From: Thermoanaerobaculia bacterium
GTDB taxonomy: Bacteria > Acidobacteriota > Thermoanaerobaculia > Gp7-AA8
Reading direction: 5' to 3'
Assembly (NCBI GenBank): GCA_035629395.1
Contig: DASPHZ010000002.1
Location: 69,423-133,422 of the forward strand
DNA: 64,000 nt
In this document: positions 32,520 to 42,284 of the stretch, in pieces
Numbering within the stretch: the first letter of the stretch is position 1
How the letters are laid out: the number at the start of each line of letters is the position of its first letter
The notes under the pieces: generated by a model
Database searches by the model: none
What the model saw: only the letters and a program-made list of their open reading frames with translations
What the model was told of the DNA's origin: nothing
Translations under genes and position numbers: made by a program

Positions 32520-35500
32520 ATGAAAATCACCCAGGTCTGCATCGAAAAACCGGTCTTCGCGTGGATGATCATGCTTGCTACCGTCGTCTTCGGCGGGGTG
32601 GCGGCGACGCGGATCGGGATCTCGCAGTTTCCGGACGTCGACTTTCCCACCATCAACGTCAGTGCGGTGTGGGAAGGGGCGGCGCCGGAGGTCATCGAGC
32701 ACGACGTCGTCGAGCCGATCGAAGAGGCGGTCATGCAGGTCGAGGGGGTGCGCAGCGTCACCTCGTCCTCGCGCCAGGGCTCGGGCAGCGTCACGATCGA
32801 GCTCGACCTCGCGCGTAACGTCGACCTCGCGCTGCAGGACGTGCAGACGCGCGTCGCGCAGGTGCAGCGCCGTCTGCCGCGTGACCTCGAGCCGCCCGTG
32901 GTCTCGAAGACCAATCCCGAAGACCAGCCGATCATGTGGATCGGCCTCTCCGGTCCGTACTCGCCGCAGATGCTCGCCGATTACGCGCGCTATCGCGTCA
33001 AGGAAAAACTGCAGACCGTGCCGGGCGTCGGCGAGATCCAGGTCGGCTCGGTCGAGCGCAACATCCGCATCTGGCTCGACTCCGACAAGCTCGACGAGCG
33101 CCGCGTCACCGTGAGCGAAGTCCTCGGCGCGATCGGCCAGCAGCACGTCGAGCTTCCCGCGGGCCGTCTCGAAACCTCCGGCCGCGAAGTGAACGTCCGC
33201 GTCCTCGGCGAGGCGTTCAATCTCGAAGAGTTCCGCCGCCTCGTCGTGAAGAACGTCGAAGGCGCGCCGGTGTATCTCTCCGACGTCGCCATCGTCGAAG
33301 ACGGCTTCGAAGACATCCGCCGCATCTCGCGCGTCAACGGCGAACCGGCGCAGGGCATGGGCGTGCGCAAGCAGCGCGGCTCGAACGCGGTGGCCGTCGC
33401 ACGCGGCGTGAAGGAATCGATCGCCGAGATCCAGAAGACGCTGCCGCCGGGCATGCAGCTCGGCATCAACTTCGACTCGACGCAGTTCATCGAAGAGTCG
33501 GTGCACGAGATCCAGTTCGAGCTGATGCTCTCGGTCATCCTCACCGCCGTCATCTGCTGGCTTTTCCTCGGCTCGCTCGGCGCGACGCTCAACGTCATCC
33601 TCGCGATCCCGATGTCGCTCCTCGGCACGGTCGCGTGCATCTACTTCTTCGGTTTCACGCTCAATACGTTCACGCTCCTCGGACTCGCGCTCGCCGTCGG
33701 CATCGTCGTCGACGACGCGATCATGGTCCTCGAGAACATCTTCCGCCACGCCGAGATGGGCAAAGACCGAAGACGCGCGGCGAGTGAAGGCACGGACGAG
33801 ATCAGCTTCGCGGCACTGGCGGCGACGCTCGCGGTGTGCGCGATCTTCCTCCCCGTCGTCTTCATGAAGGGGATCATCGGCAAGTTCTTTCTGCAGTTCG
33901 GCGTGACGCTGTGCGTGGCCGTGCTGCTGTCGTACGTCGAAGCGATCACGCTCGCGCCCGCGCGCTCCGCGCAGATGCTCAACGCCGGAGCGGAACGCCA
34001 GTCGAAGCTCGGCCACTTCGTCGACAAAGCATTCGACAAGCTTGCCGCCGCGTACGGCCGCGTGCTGGCAATGGGCCTGAAGCGGCCGGTCGCGGTGCTG
34101 ATCGCCGCGTTGCTCGTGTTCGCGGCGTCGCTGTACGTGTTCAAGAAACTGCCGAGCGAGTTCGTGCCGTCGCAGGATCAGAGCCGTCTCATGATCCGCC
34201 TGCAGACCGCGGTCGGCTCCGACATCACCGAAACGGACCGCGTGTTCCAGCGCGCCGAGCAGTACCTCCTGCAGCAGAAGGAAGTCGTGCGCGTGTTCGG
34301 CAGCGTCGGCGGATTCGGCGGTGGTGGCGGCAGCGTGAACAGCGGCATCCTCTTCGTCACGATGATCCCGCCGGACGAGCGCGTGTCGCAGCAGGAGTTC
34401 GCGACCCGCATCCGCAAGGAGCTCAACTCCTATCCCGGCGTGCGCGCGGTCGTGCAGGACCTCTCGCAGCAGGGCTTCACCGCGCAGCGCGGGTTCCCGA
34501 TCGAGTTTTCCGTGCGCGGTCCGGAGTGGGAGAAGCTGACCGAGCTTTCGAACGACATGCGCGAGAAGCTCGCCGCGAGCGGCTTCGCGACGGACGTCGA
34601 CACGGATTACCAGGTCGGCATGCCCGAGCTGCGCATCGTTCCCGATCGCGACCGCGCCGCGGACCTCGGCGTCCCCGTCGAGCAGGTCGCGACGTCGATC
34701 AACGCGCTCGTCGGCGGCGTGCGCACCGGCAAGTACTCCTCGGGCGGACGCCGCATCGACGTCCGTACGCGCCTGCTGGCGAAGCAGCGCACGCGCCCCG
34801 AGGACTTGTCCCGGCTGCGGGTGCGGACGGCTTCGGGGGATCTCATTCCGATGTCCGCACTGGTGAAAGAAGAAGAGCGCCCCGCGTTGCAGTCGGTGAC
34901 GCGCCGCGACCGCGAGCGCGCGATCTCGATCTACGGCAACGTCGCGCCCGGCAAATCGCAGAACGAAGCGCTGGCCTTCGTCGAACAGATCAGCAAAGAC
35001 CTGCCGCCCGGCTACCGCGCGGTGCTCGGCGGCTCGTCGGTCGCGTTCCGTGAATCGATGGGCCAGCTCATGTTCGCGCTCGTCCTCGGCGTGATCGTCG
35101 CGTACATGGTCCTCGCGTCGCAGTTCAATTCGTTCCTGCATCCCGTGACCGTGCTCTCGATCCTGCCGCTCTCGATCGCGGGCGCGGCGTTCGCGCTGCT
35201 CGTGACGGGGAAGACGCTGAACATCTTCTCGATGATCGGCCTGCTGCTGCTGATGGGCATCGCCAAGAAAAACTCGATCATCCTCGTCGACTACGCGGTG
35301 CAGAAGCAGGGGGAAGGCGCGACCGCGCACGAAGCGATGCTGAAAGCGGGGCCGGTGCGCTTGCGTCCGATTCTCATGACTTCGCTCGCGACGATGATGG
35401 CCGCCATTCCGCCGGCACTCGCGCTCGGCCCCGGCGCGGAAACGCGCGGACCGATGGCGGTGGCGATCATCGGCGGTCTCGTGATCTCGACCGCGCTCTC

Positions 35501-35615
35501 GCTGCTCGTCGTGCCGGCGTTCTTCGTCGTCGCCGACCGCATCAAGACCAGGCTCGGCGAAGTGTTCGCGCGCCGCCACGAAGACGAGCCGGAAGAGGCG
35601 ACGGCCCACGGATGA
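32520..35615 (+). CDS. efflux RND transporter permease (AcrB/CzcA family)
   Basis: 1031 aa. 12-TM RND architecture and conserved motifs. Confidence 0.95.
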   Translation: MKITQVCIEKPVFAWMIMLATVVFGGVAATRIGISQFPDVDFPTINVSAVWEGAAPEVIEHDVVEPIEEAVMQVEGVRSVTSSSRQGSGSVTIELDLARNVDLALQDVQTRVAQVQRRLPRDLEPPVVSKTNPEDQPIMWIGLSGPYSPQMLADYARYRVKEKLQTVPGVGEIQVGSVERNIRIWLDSDKLDERRVTVSEVLGAIGQQHVELPAGRLETSGREVNVRVLGEAFNLEEFRRLVVKNVEGAPVYLSDVAIVEDGFEDIRRISRVNGEPAQGMGVRKQRGSNAVAVARGVKESIAEIQKTLPPGMQLGINFDSTQFIEESVHEIQFELMLSVILTAVICWLFLGSLGATLNVILAIPMSLLGTVACIYFFGFTLNTFTLLGLALAVGIVVDDAIMVLENIFRHAEMGKDRRRAASEGTDEISFAALAATLAVCAIFLPVVFMKGIIGKFFLQFGVTLCVAVLLSYVEAITLAPARSAQMLNAGAERQSKLGHFVDKAFDKLAAAYGRVLAMGLKRPVAVLIAALLVFAASLYVFKKLPSEFVPSQDQSRLMIRLQTAVGSDITETDRVFQRAEQYLLQQKEVVRVFGSVGGFGGGGGSVNSGILFVTMIPPDERVSQQEFATRIRKELNSYPGVRAVVQDLSQQGFTAQRGFPIEFSVRGPEWEKLTELSNDMREKLAASGFATDVDTDYQVGMPELRIVPDRDRAADLGVPVEQVATSINALVGGVRTGKYSSGGRRIDVRTRLLAKQRTRPEDLSRLRVRTASGDLIPMSALVKEEERPALQSVTRRDRERAISIYGNVAPGKSQNEALAFVEQISKDLPPGYRAVLGGSSVAFRESMGQLMFALVLGVIVAYMVLASQFNSFLHPVTVLSILPLSIAGAAFALLVTGKTLNIFSMIGLLLLMGIAKKNSIILVDYAVQKQGEGATAHEAMLKAGPVRLRPILMTSLATMMAAIPPALALGPGAETRGPMAVAIIGGLVISTALSLLVVPAFFVVADRIKTRLGEVFARRHEDEPEEATAHG

Positions 35616-36172
35616 CACGCATTCTGCTGCTTCTCCTTCTCGCGTTTCCTGTCGCCGCGCAGTCGCTCGGAAAAGTGGTGGAGGGGGCGAAGCGGCAGGT
35701 CGGCGTCACGCGCTCGTACGATCCCGCGTACCGCCGGCTCGCCTATCCCAACGGCGATGTGCCGCTGCACACGGGCGTCTGCACGGACGTGGTCATTCGC
35801 GCGTACCGGCACGCGGGCGTCGACCTGCAGGTGCTCGTGCACGAGGACATGAAGCGCAACTTCTCCGCGTACCCGAAGAACTGGGGACTGCGCACGACGG
35901 ACCGCAATATCGATCACCGCCGCGTGCCGAATCTCGCCACGTTCTTCAAACGCAAAGGCGCCTCGCTGCGCGTGACGAAGAACGCACGCGACTACCGCGC
36001 GGGCGACGTCGTGACGTGGCGACTGGCCTCCGGCGTGCCGCACATCGGCATCGTGTCCGACGTCGTGCGCCGCGGCCGGCCGCTGGTCGTCCACAACATC
36101 GGCTCGGGCGCGCAGCACGAGGACGTGCTCTTCGCGTACGAGGTGACGGGCCACTACCGCTTCGGACGGTAG
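35612..36172 (+). CDS. DUF1287 domain protein (secreted)
   Basis: Signal peptide MTRILLLLLLAFPVAAQ. YDPAYRRLAYPNGDVP...CTDVV motif region. ATGA overlap with the RND stop. Confidence 0.65.
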   Translation: MTRILLLLLLAFPVAAQSLGKVVEGAKRQVGVTRSYDPAYRRLAYPNGDVPLHTGVCTDVVIRAYRHAGVDLQVLVHEDMKRNFSAYPKNWGLRTTDRNIDHRRVPNLATFFKRKGASLRVTKNARDYRAGDVVTWRLASGVPHIGIVSDVVRRGRPLVVHNIGSGAQHEDVLFAYEVTGHYRFGR

Positions 36173-36199
36173 GTACGCCGGCGCTCCGCGGCGCGGGCA

Positions 36200-36961
36200 C
36201 TACCGTTTCGGCCGGTACCCGGTGACGAACGCGCCGATGGCGCGGTTCACTTCCTCCGCCTTTTCCACGTTCGCGAGGTGCGCCGCTCCCGGAATGCGCA
36301 CCACGCGCGCCTGCGGCATCGCCTGCGCCATGCGCTCGGCGTCGCTCGGCGGGGTGATCGTGTCTTCCTCTCCGACGACGATCAGCGTCGGCACGTCGAT
36401 CGCCGGCAGCACGGCCGATGAATCGGCGCGCTCCGCCATCGCCTTCAGTGCGGCGATCATTCCTTCCGCCGAAGACGAAGTCATGATCTCGCGAACGCGA
36501 TCCTTCAGCTCCCGCGGCGCGGCGGCCGTCAGCATCTTCGGCAGCATCGCATCCGCGATCGGCTGCACGCCCTCGCGCTGCACTTTCTCGATCGACTCGT
36601 AGCGGCCTTTGCGCGCTTCCGGCGTGTCGGGCGTTTCGCGCGTGTCGAGGAGGATCAGGCCGCGCAGGCGATGCGGTGCGAGCCGGGCCGCGGCGAGACA
36701 GATGTAGCCGCCCATCGAAAGTCCGGCGAAGATCGCCTGATCGAGTCCGCGCTGATCGAGCACTTCGAGGAGGATGCGCGCGTAGTCGTCGATCGTGACG
36801 TCGCCCACGTTCGCACGCGACTGCCCGAAGCCCGGCAGGTCCGGCATGATGTGCCGGATCCCGCGAATCGCGAGCTGCTGCTCGAACACGCTCGACGCGA
36901 GCGGATAGCCGTGGACCCACAGAACCGGAATGCCTTCGCCGAGGTCGGTGACGTTGAGCAT
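36200..36961 (-). CDS. alpha/beta hydrolase
   Basis: GLSMGG nucleophile elbow and HG oxyanion motif (VHGYP). Confidence 0.8.
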   Translation of the reverse strand: MLNVTDLGEGIPVLWVHGYPLASSVFEQQLAIRGIRHIMPDLPGFGQSRANVGDVTIDDYARILLEVLDQRGLDQAIFAGLSMGGYICLAAARLAPHRLRGLILLDTRETPDTPEARKGRYESIEKVQREGVQPIADAMLPKMLTAAAPRELKDRVREIMTSSSAEGMIAALKAMAERADSSAVLPAIDVPTLIVVGEEDTITPPSDAERMAQAMPQARVVRIPGAAHLANVEKAEEVNRAIGAFVTGYRPKR

Positions 36962-37020
36962 GCGGGAAGCATAGCGAAGGAATGAAGGTCTACGCGCGCG
37001 GAGTGTGAGACCCTGCGCGC

Positions 37021-38448
37021 GTGACGCTCGACCTCGTCATCATCGTCGCGTACATCGCCGCCGTCCTCGCCGCGGGCGTCTGGTTCGGGCGGCGGCAGAA
37101 AACGACGCGGCAGTACTTTTTAGCGGGGCAGGACGTGCCGTGGTGGGCGATCGCGGCGTCGATCGTAGCCACCGAGACGTCGACCATCAGCTTCATCTCC
37201 GTGCCCGGCATCGCCTGGGCCGCCGGCGGGGATTTTCGTTTCCTGCAAGTGGTCCTCGGCTACGTCGTCGCGCGCCTGATCATCGGCACGATCTTCATGC
37301 CGTGGTATTTCCGCGGCGAGCTCGTGACGGTGTACGAGCTGCTGCAGACGCGCTTCGGCCCCTCCGTGAAGGCGCTCGCGGCGTCGCTGTTCGTGGGGAT
37401 GCGCACCATCGCCGACGGCGTGCGCCTGCTGCTCACCGCGTACGTGATCGTGGCGCTGTTGCCCGCACTCGACGTGACGACGTCCATCCTCGCCCTCGGC
37501 GTGATCATGATCGTCTTCTCGCTCATCGGCGGCATCGAAGCCATCGTCTGGATCGAGGTCGTGCAGCTCGCGATCTACGTCGGCGGCGCGGTCGCGGCGA
37601 TGCTCGTGCTGCTCGACGTCACCGGATTCGAGCCCGCCATCGCGGCAGGTGTGGCGGCGCAGAAGTTCCGCGTCTTCGATTTCGGCTTCGACCTGACGAA
37701 GGTCTACACGTTCTGGTCGGGACTCATCGGCGGCACGTTCCTCACGCTGTCGACGCACGGAACCGACCAGTACATGGTGCAGCGCTACCTCTGCACCGAC
37801 CGTCCCGCCAGTGCATCGAAAGCGGTGATCGTCTCCGGCGTGGTGGTGTTCGTGCAGTTCGTGATGTTCCTGTTCATCGGCGTGCTGCTGTTCGTGTTCT
37901 ACGGTGCGAACGCGCCCGTGACCGCGTCCGATCAGATCTTCCCGCACTTCATCGCCAACCATCTGCCGGCGGGACTGTCGGGACTCGTGGTGGCGGCGAT
38001 TCTCGCGGCGGCCATGTCGTCGTCGCTCAATGCGATCGCGGCGACGATCGTCGCGGACCTGATGCGCACACGCGACGACGCGCACGCCATGCGCCTCTCG
38101 CGCGTGCTCACCGTGATCGCGGGGGTCGCGCAGGTGGCGGTCGGCGTCGCGATGCAGCACACGCAGCGCTCGGCCCTCGGCGTCGCGCTGTCGATTGCCT
38201 CGCTCATCAACGGTCCGATCCTCGGCGTCTTCTTCCTCGGCGCGACGAAACGCGCCCGCACACCCGCGGCGCTGGCGGGGATGGTGGCGGGATTGCTCGC
38301 GGTGGCGCTCGTCGCGTTCACGACGAAAGTGGCGTGGCCGTGGTTCGCGGTGGTGGGGTCGGTGACGACGTTCTGCGTCGGTATGATCGCGTCGTGGATG
38401 ACATCGGACAGCTCTTCGTCGTCGACGCCCGCGGCGGATGCAACGTAG
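37021..38448 (+). CDS. sodium:solute symporter (SSS family)
   Basis: 13-TM pattern. N-terminal ...YFLAGQDVPWW family signature. Confidence 0.85.
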   Translation: MTLDLVIIVAYIAAVLAAGVWFGRRQKTTRQYFLAGQDVPWWAIAASIVATETSTISFISVPGIAWAAGGDFRFLQVVLGYVVARLIIGTIFMPWYFRGELVTVYELLQTRFGPSVKALAASLFVGMRTIADGVRLLLTAYVIVALLPALDVTTSILALGVIMIVFSLIGGIEAIVWIEVVQLAIYVGGAVAAMLVLLDVTGFEPAIAAGVAAQKFRVFDFGFDLTKVYTFWSGLIGGTFLTLSTHGTDQYMVQRYLCTDRPASASKAVIVSGVVVFVQFVMFLFIGVLLFVFYGANAPVTASDQIFPHFIANHLPAGLSGLVVAAILAAAMSSSLNAIAATIVADLMRTRDDAHAMRLSRVLTVIAGVAQVAVGVAMQHTQRSALGVALSIASLINGPILGVFFLGATKRARTPAALAGMVAGLLAVALVAFTTKVAWPWFAVVGSVTTFCVGMIASWMTSDSSSSSTPAADAT

Positions 38449-39803
38449 CGGAGCTCGAGCGGCACGTTCGCGAGAATCACATCGGCGGCATCATCTGGTT
38501 CGCGGCGGACTCGCGTGAAGTCGCGACGATCAACGCGCACCTGCAGTCGATCGCGCAGACGCCGCTGCTGATCAGCGCCGATCTCGAGGCGGGGGCGGGC
38601 ATGCGCTTTCCCGATCTCGACTGGTGGCCTCCGGCGATGGCGATCGCCGCGACGGGCGATCCGTCGCTCGCGGAGGAGATGGGTCGCGAGACCGCACGCG
38701 CCGCGCTGGCGATCGGCGTCGATCACGTGCTCGCGCCGGTCGCCGACGTGAACGTCGATCCGCGCAACCCGGTGATCAACACGCGCAGCTTCGGCGAGGA
38801 TCCGCATGAGGTGGCGCGCTATGTCGCGGCATTCGTACGCGGCGTGCAGAGCGAAGGCGCGCTCGCGTGTGCGAAGCATTTCCCCGGACACGGCGACACG
38901 CACATCGACTCGCACCGTGCGTTGCCGGTGCTCGAGGTCACGCGCGAGCGGCTCGAGCAGATCGAGCTCGTGCCGTTTCGTGCGGCCATCGAGGCAGGCG
39001 TGGCCTCGGTGATGGTGGGACATCTCGCGGTGCCTGCGATCGACGACACGCCGGTGCCGGTGCGCGCGTCGTTCGAGAACGCGTATGCCATCGAGCACGA
39101 AGAGGTGACGCGCGGCGGGACGATGCCGGCGACGTTGTCGCGCCGCGTGATCGATCTGTTGCGGCGCGATCTCGCGTATGACGGGCTGGTCGTCACCGAT
39201 GCGATGGACATGGGCGGGCTGGCCGCGCATTTCGATCCGGGCGAGGCGGCGGTGCGAGCGCTCGAGGCGGGGTGCGATCAGGTGTTGTTTTCGCCCGATC
39301 CGGATGCGGCGATTGCGGCGGTGCGGCTCGCGGTGCAGACGGGTCGCATCGAGATCGAGGATGCGTTGAGAAGGGTCCGCGCGGCGAAGGAGCGGCGGCG
39401 GGACGCCAGCGCTCCGCGTCGTGCGGCGGAGCGGGCGGTGCGCGTCGTGCGCGATACGAACCACCTGCTGCCGCTGCGCAGCAGCGTGTGCGTGATCGCG
39501 GTGAGTCCGCACGACGATCCGCTCGACGACGCGCTCCACGCGCTGCCGCCGAGTCGCGACGATGGTGAGGTGATCGTGTTGTTGCTGGCGCTGCGGCCGA
39601 AATCAGGAGCGGGGCCGATCGTGGTGCCGGAGGAGATCAAGCGCATCGCGCGCGAGCATCCGCAGCGCACCATCGCCATCTCCTTCGGCAGCCCCTACAT
39701 CCTCGCCGAGCTCGGCGAGGTCAGCACGTTCGTTTGTGCGTGGGGCGTGCAGCCGGTGCTGCAGCGCGCGGCGATCGCGCGCGTGAAGGAGGGCAGGCCG
39801 TAG
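38394..39803 (+). CDS. nagZ: beta-N-acetylhexosaminidase, glycoside hydrolase family 3 (NagZ-like)
   Basis: IGQLFVV start region and the KHFPGHGDT...DSH catalytic motif. GTG start ~55 nt inside the end of the symporter gene. Confidence 0.8.
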   Translation: MDDIGQLFVVDARGGCNVAELERHVRENHIGGIIWFAADSREVATINAHLQSIAQTPLLISADLEAGAGMRFPDLDWWPPAMAIAATGDPSLAEEMGRETARAALAIGVDHVLAPVADVNVDPRNPVINTRSFGEDPHEVARYVAAFVRGVQSEGALACAKHFPGHGDTHIDSHRALPVLEVTRERLEQIELVPFRAAIEAGVASVMVGHLAVPAIDDTPVPVRASFENAYAIEHEEVTRGGTMPATLSRRVIDLLRRDLAYDGLVVTDAMDMGGLAAHFDPGEAAVRALEAGCDQVLFSPDPDAAIAAVRLAVQTGRIEIEDALRRVRAAKERRRDASAPRRAAERAVRVVRDTNHLLPLRSSVCVIAVSPHDDPLDDALHALPPSRDDGEVIVLLLALRPKSGAGPIVVPEEIKRIAREHPQRTIAISFGSPYILAELGEVSTFVCAWGVQPVLQRAAIARVKEGRP

Positions 39804-39825
39804 CGGCCTGCCCCCGGAACGTCAC

Positions 39826-41667
39826 TTAGTTCTTCGCGGCGCAGGACTGGATCGCGCCGTGCTCGGCGCCCGAGATCAGTCCGAGCTTCTTCGCTTCGTT
39901 CGTGATCGCGGAGACCTGCGACACGAAGTCGCCGTGGTTCTTCGCCACGATCGCGCCGATGCGGTCCATCAGCGTCGCGCCGTTCGGCATCACGGCGTTC
40001 GACGCATTCGAGTTGCACGTGCCGATCGTCACCGTCGCCTGCATGTTCGAGTGCGGGTACGCGTCGTTGGCGTCGGCCACGCCGTCGTTGTCGTCGTCGG
40101 CGTCGCACGCATCGCCCTGCGCGTCGCCGTCGTAGTTCGCCTGGTCGGCGTTCGCGGCGGCCGGGCAATTGTCGTCACCGTCTTCGACGAGATCGACGTC
40201 CGCATCCGGGTACCAGCCCACGTCACGGAGCTGCGCGAGCGTGAGGTCTTCCGGAGCCTTGACGCTGTGCGTCAGGTTGCCGGTGATGTTCGGCTCCATG
40301 AGCACGTTGCGGAACGACGACACGTCGAAGTGCGACGTCGACGAGCCGCCGATGAACGGATTCGGCGCATACAGCAGCACGCGGCCCGCGCTGTCCATGC
40401 CGCGGCGGACCGAGTTCGGATCGCCGCCGATGGTCACGTTGACCGTGCCGGCGAGGAGAGCGTTGCGGACGACGTCGCCCGTGGCCAGCGTCACGCGTCC
40501 CGCGGGGATCGTGATCGCGAGGTCGAACGGACGGTTGCCGGAGCCGGCCATGTCGATCGCCGGACCGGCCGCGTTGTCGGCGATGACGACGCCGATCGCG
40601 CCCGCGACCTGCGCGTTCATCACCTTGATCGCGAAGCCGCACGTGCCGCGGTTCATGAACGCGATCTTGCCCTGGACGTCGTTGAGGATCGCGGTGCAGC
40701 CGTCGGTGGTCAACGGTCCGGCCGCGTTGGCCGCGTCGATCGCGGCGACGAGCTCTCCGGCGAGGCCGGGGAAGTCGAGACGCGCGCCGAATTCGGCGCC
40801 GCCCATCGCGTAGTTGCCGGTGCCCGGCGCCGAGGTGATCGAGAACTGCGGCACGAGATCGAGCACGCCCGGCGCCTCGGCCATCACGGTCGCGCCGGCC
40901 CACGAGAGGTTGCCCGTGTTCACGCGCGAAGCGAGTCGCTGCGCGGCGCTCATCTGATCCCAGTACATGTTCAGCGTGCGGTCGAAGATGCGCTTCTGGT
41001 AGACGTCCGGCCACGGGAAGGTGGGGAAGCCGAGGTTCTGGCCGTTCGTGCGGTTGACGAAGGTCGAGAAGCCGAGGCCGTGCGCGAACTCGTGCAGGAG
41101 CACGGCGACGAGGTTGATGCGCGAGCCGCCGTTCGGCGCGGGCGTCTGGTTCGTGTCGAAGCCGTAGTACCAGCCGCCCGAGCTCTGCAGGCAGCCCGGC
41201 GTGCCGATGTTGGCGTTGAAGCTCGCGGCGAGGTCGACCTCGTCCGCACCGTCCGGATTGCCGACCGGCGCGATGTCGTAGCCGGCCTGCTTACTCGCGA
41301 TCGCCACGTGATACCAGGTGTCGATCTCGCGGATGTTGTCCGTGTTCGCCCAGATGCTGCGCGCGCCGGCGGAGCCGAGCGTCGCGGACGTCGCGGTGCA
41401 ACTGAGGGGGCCGAAGTTCGCGCGGACGCGAATGGGAACGGCGCTGTCGATCGTGGCGCCCCAGATGCTCGCGGCGTAGTAGAAGGCGTTGATGCGCTGC
41501 TGGCCGAGGGTGGTGCCGGGGTTGCCGCCGACCGGCGCGGCGGGCGTCGGGTCATTGAAGCCGATGCCGGGAGGATCGTTGTTGACGATGACGATGTTCG
41601 CGTTCGCGAACGCGGTTACCGGCACGAGCAGGGCGGCGAAAAGAGCGAGCGCTTTGAACGTTTTCAT
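39826..41667 (-). CDS. secreted zinc metalloprotease with a PA domain and thrombospondin type-3 (Ca-binding) repeats
   Basis: Signal peptide. HEFAHGLGF zincin motif. PA-like GKIAFMNRGTCGFAIKVMNAQ. Asp-rich DxDxDGxxD TSP3 repeats. Confidence 0.75.
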   Translation of the reverse strand: MKTFKALALFAALLVPVTAFANANIVIVNNDPPGIGFNDPTPAAPVGGNPGTTLGQQRINAFYYAASIWGATIDSAVPIRVRANFGPLSCTATSATLGSAGARSIWANTDNIREIDTWYHVAIASKQAGYDIAPVGNPDGADEVDLAASFNANIGTPGCLQSSGGWYYGFDTNQTPAPNGGSRINLVAVLLHEFAHGLGFSTFVNRTNGQNLGFPTFPWPDVYQKRIFDRTLNMYWDQMSAAQRLASRVNTGNLSWAGATVMAEAPGVLDLVPQFSITSAPGTGNYAMGGAEFGARLDFPGLAGELVAAIDAANAAGPLTTDGCTAILNDVQGKIAFMNRGTCGFAIKVMNAQVAGAIGVVIADNAAGPAIDMAGSGNRPFDLAITIPAGRVTLATGDVVRNALLAGTVNVTIGGDPNSVRRGMDSAGRVLLYAPNPFIGGSSTSHFDVSSFRNVLMEPNITGNLTHSVKAPEDLTLAQLRDVGWYPDADVDLVEDGDDNCPAAANADQANYDGDAQGDACDADDDNDGVADANDAYPHSNMQATVTIGTCNSNASNAVMPNGATLMDRIGAIVAKNHGDFVSQVSAITNEAKKLGLISGAEHGAIQSCAAKN

Positions 41668-41673
41668 CTGCGC

Positions 41674-42069
41674 TTACTCCCTCTCCGCGATGCGGACGCG
41701 CTGCGTCTGCGGCTTGATGCGGAGGACGGTGTCGACCGCCGCGGTCTTCGCCGCGAACGCCGCCGCTTCCGAATGATCGTCCGTGCAGGTGAAGACGAAG
41801 TTGCCTTCGTCATCGGTGCGCACGACGTACATGTGGTCGAAAGACTCGTCGAGTGCGAGTCCGACCGCTTTGCCGCTCGTCAGCACGCGCATGACGCTCG
41901 GACGCGCTTTCGGCGCGAGCGCCTGCATCTCGGCCGCGGTCGGCTGCCGGAGCTGGCCGTTTTCGTCGACCGACACCTGCATGCCGTCGGGCTGTTTGTC
42001 CCGAACTTGTCCGAGAAGCGGTAAGGAGAGAAGACACAACGCGAGAACCAATGGACTCCGCCTGATCAT
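41674..42069 (-). CDS. small secreted hypothetical protein (131 aa) immediately upstream of the metalloprotease
   Basis: Signal peptide MIRRSPLVLALCLLSLPLLG. 6-bp gap to the protease start. Confidence 0.5.
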   Translation of the reverse strand: MIRRSPLVLALCLLSLPLLGQVRDKQPDGMQVSVDENGQLRQPTAAEMQALAPKARPSVMRVLTSGKAVGLALDESFDHMYVVRTDDEGNFVFTCTDDHSEAAAFAAKTAAVDTVLRIKPQTQRVRIAERE

Positions 42070-42284
42070 GAGGGCCCCCTGAGAGAGAGGTAAGGGACCG
42101 AATTTCGGCAGCCGGACCGTCGCTGCGCCGACGCGACGCAGGATTCCTGGCTTTGCGCCACCGTCTCGCGACGGTTTTGCCTTTTCGATTCGGTGGTTCA
42201 GTTGTACGGGACGGGGCAGATTTTAGAGACGGCCGGAAGGAAGTCAACTCAAATTGTCTGTCAGCGCTGGCGTAGCATGCCCGC

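Noticed and set aside
42163-42190. Short hairpin ACCGTC-tcgc-GACGGT followed by TTTTGCCTTTT upstream of the AmiE/NamZ gene
   Set aside because: The stem is only 6 bp and no upstream transcript on the + strand is evident. It could be a leader or attenuator, but the evidence is too weak to call.
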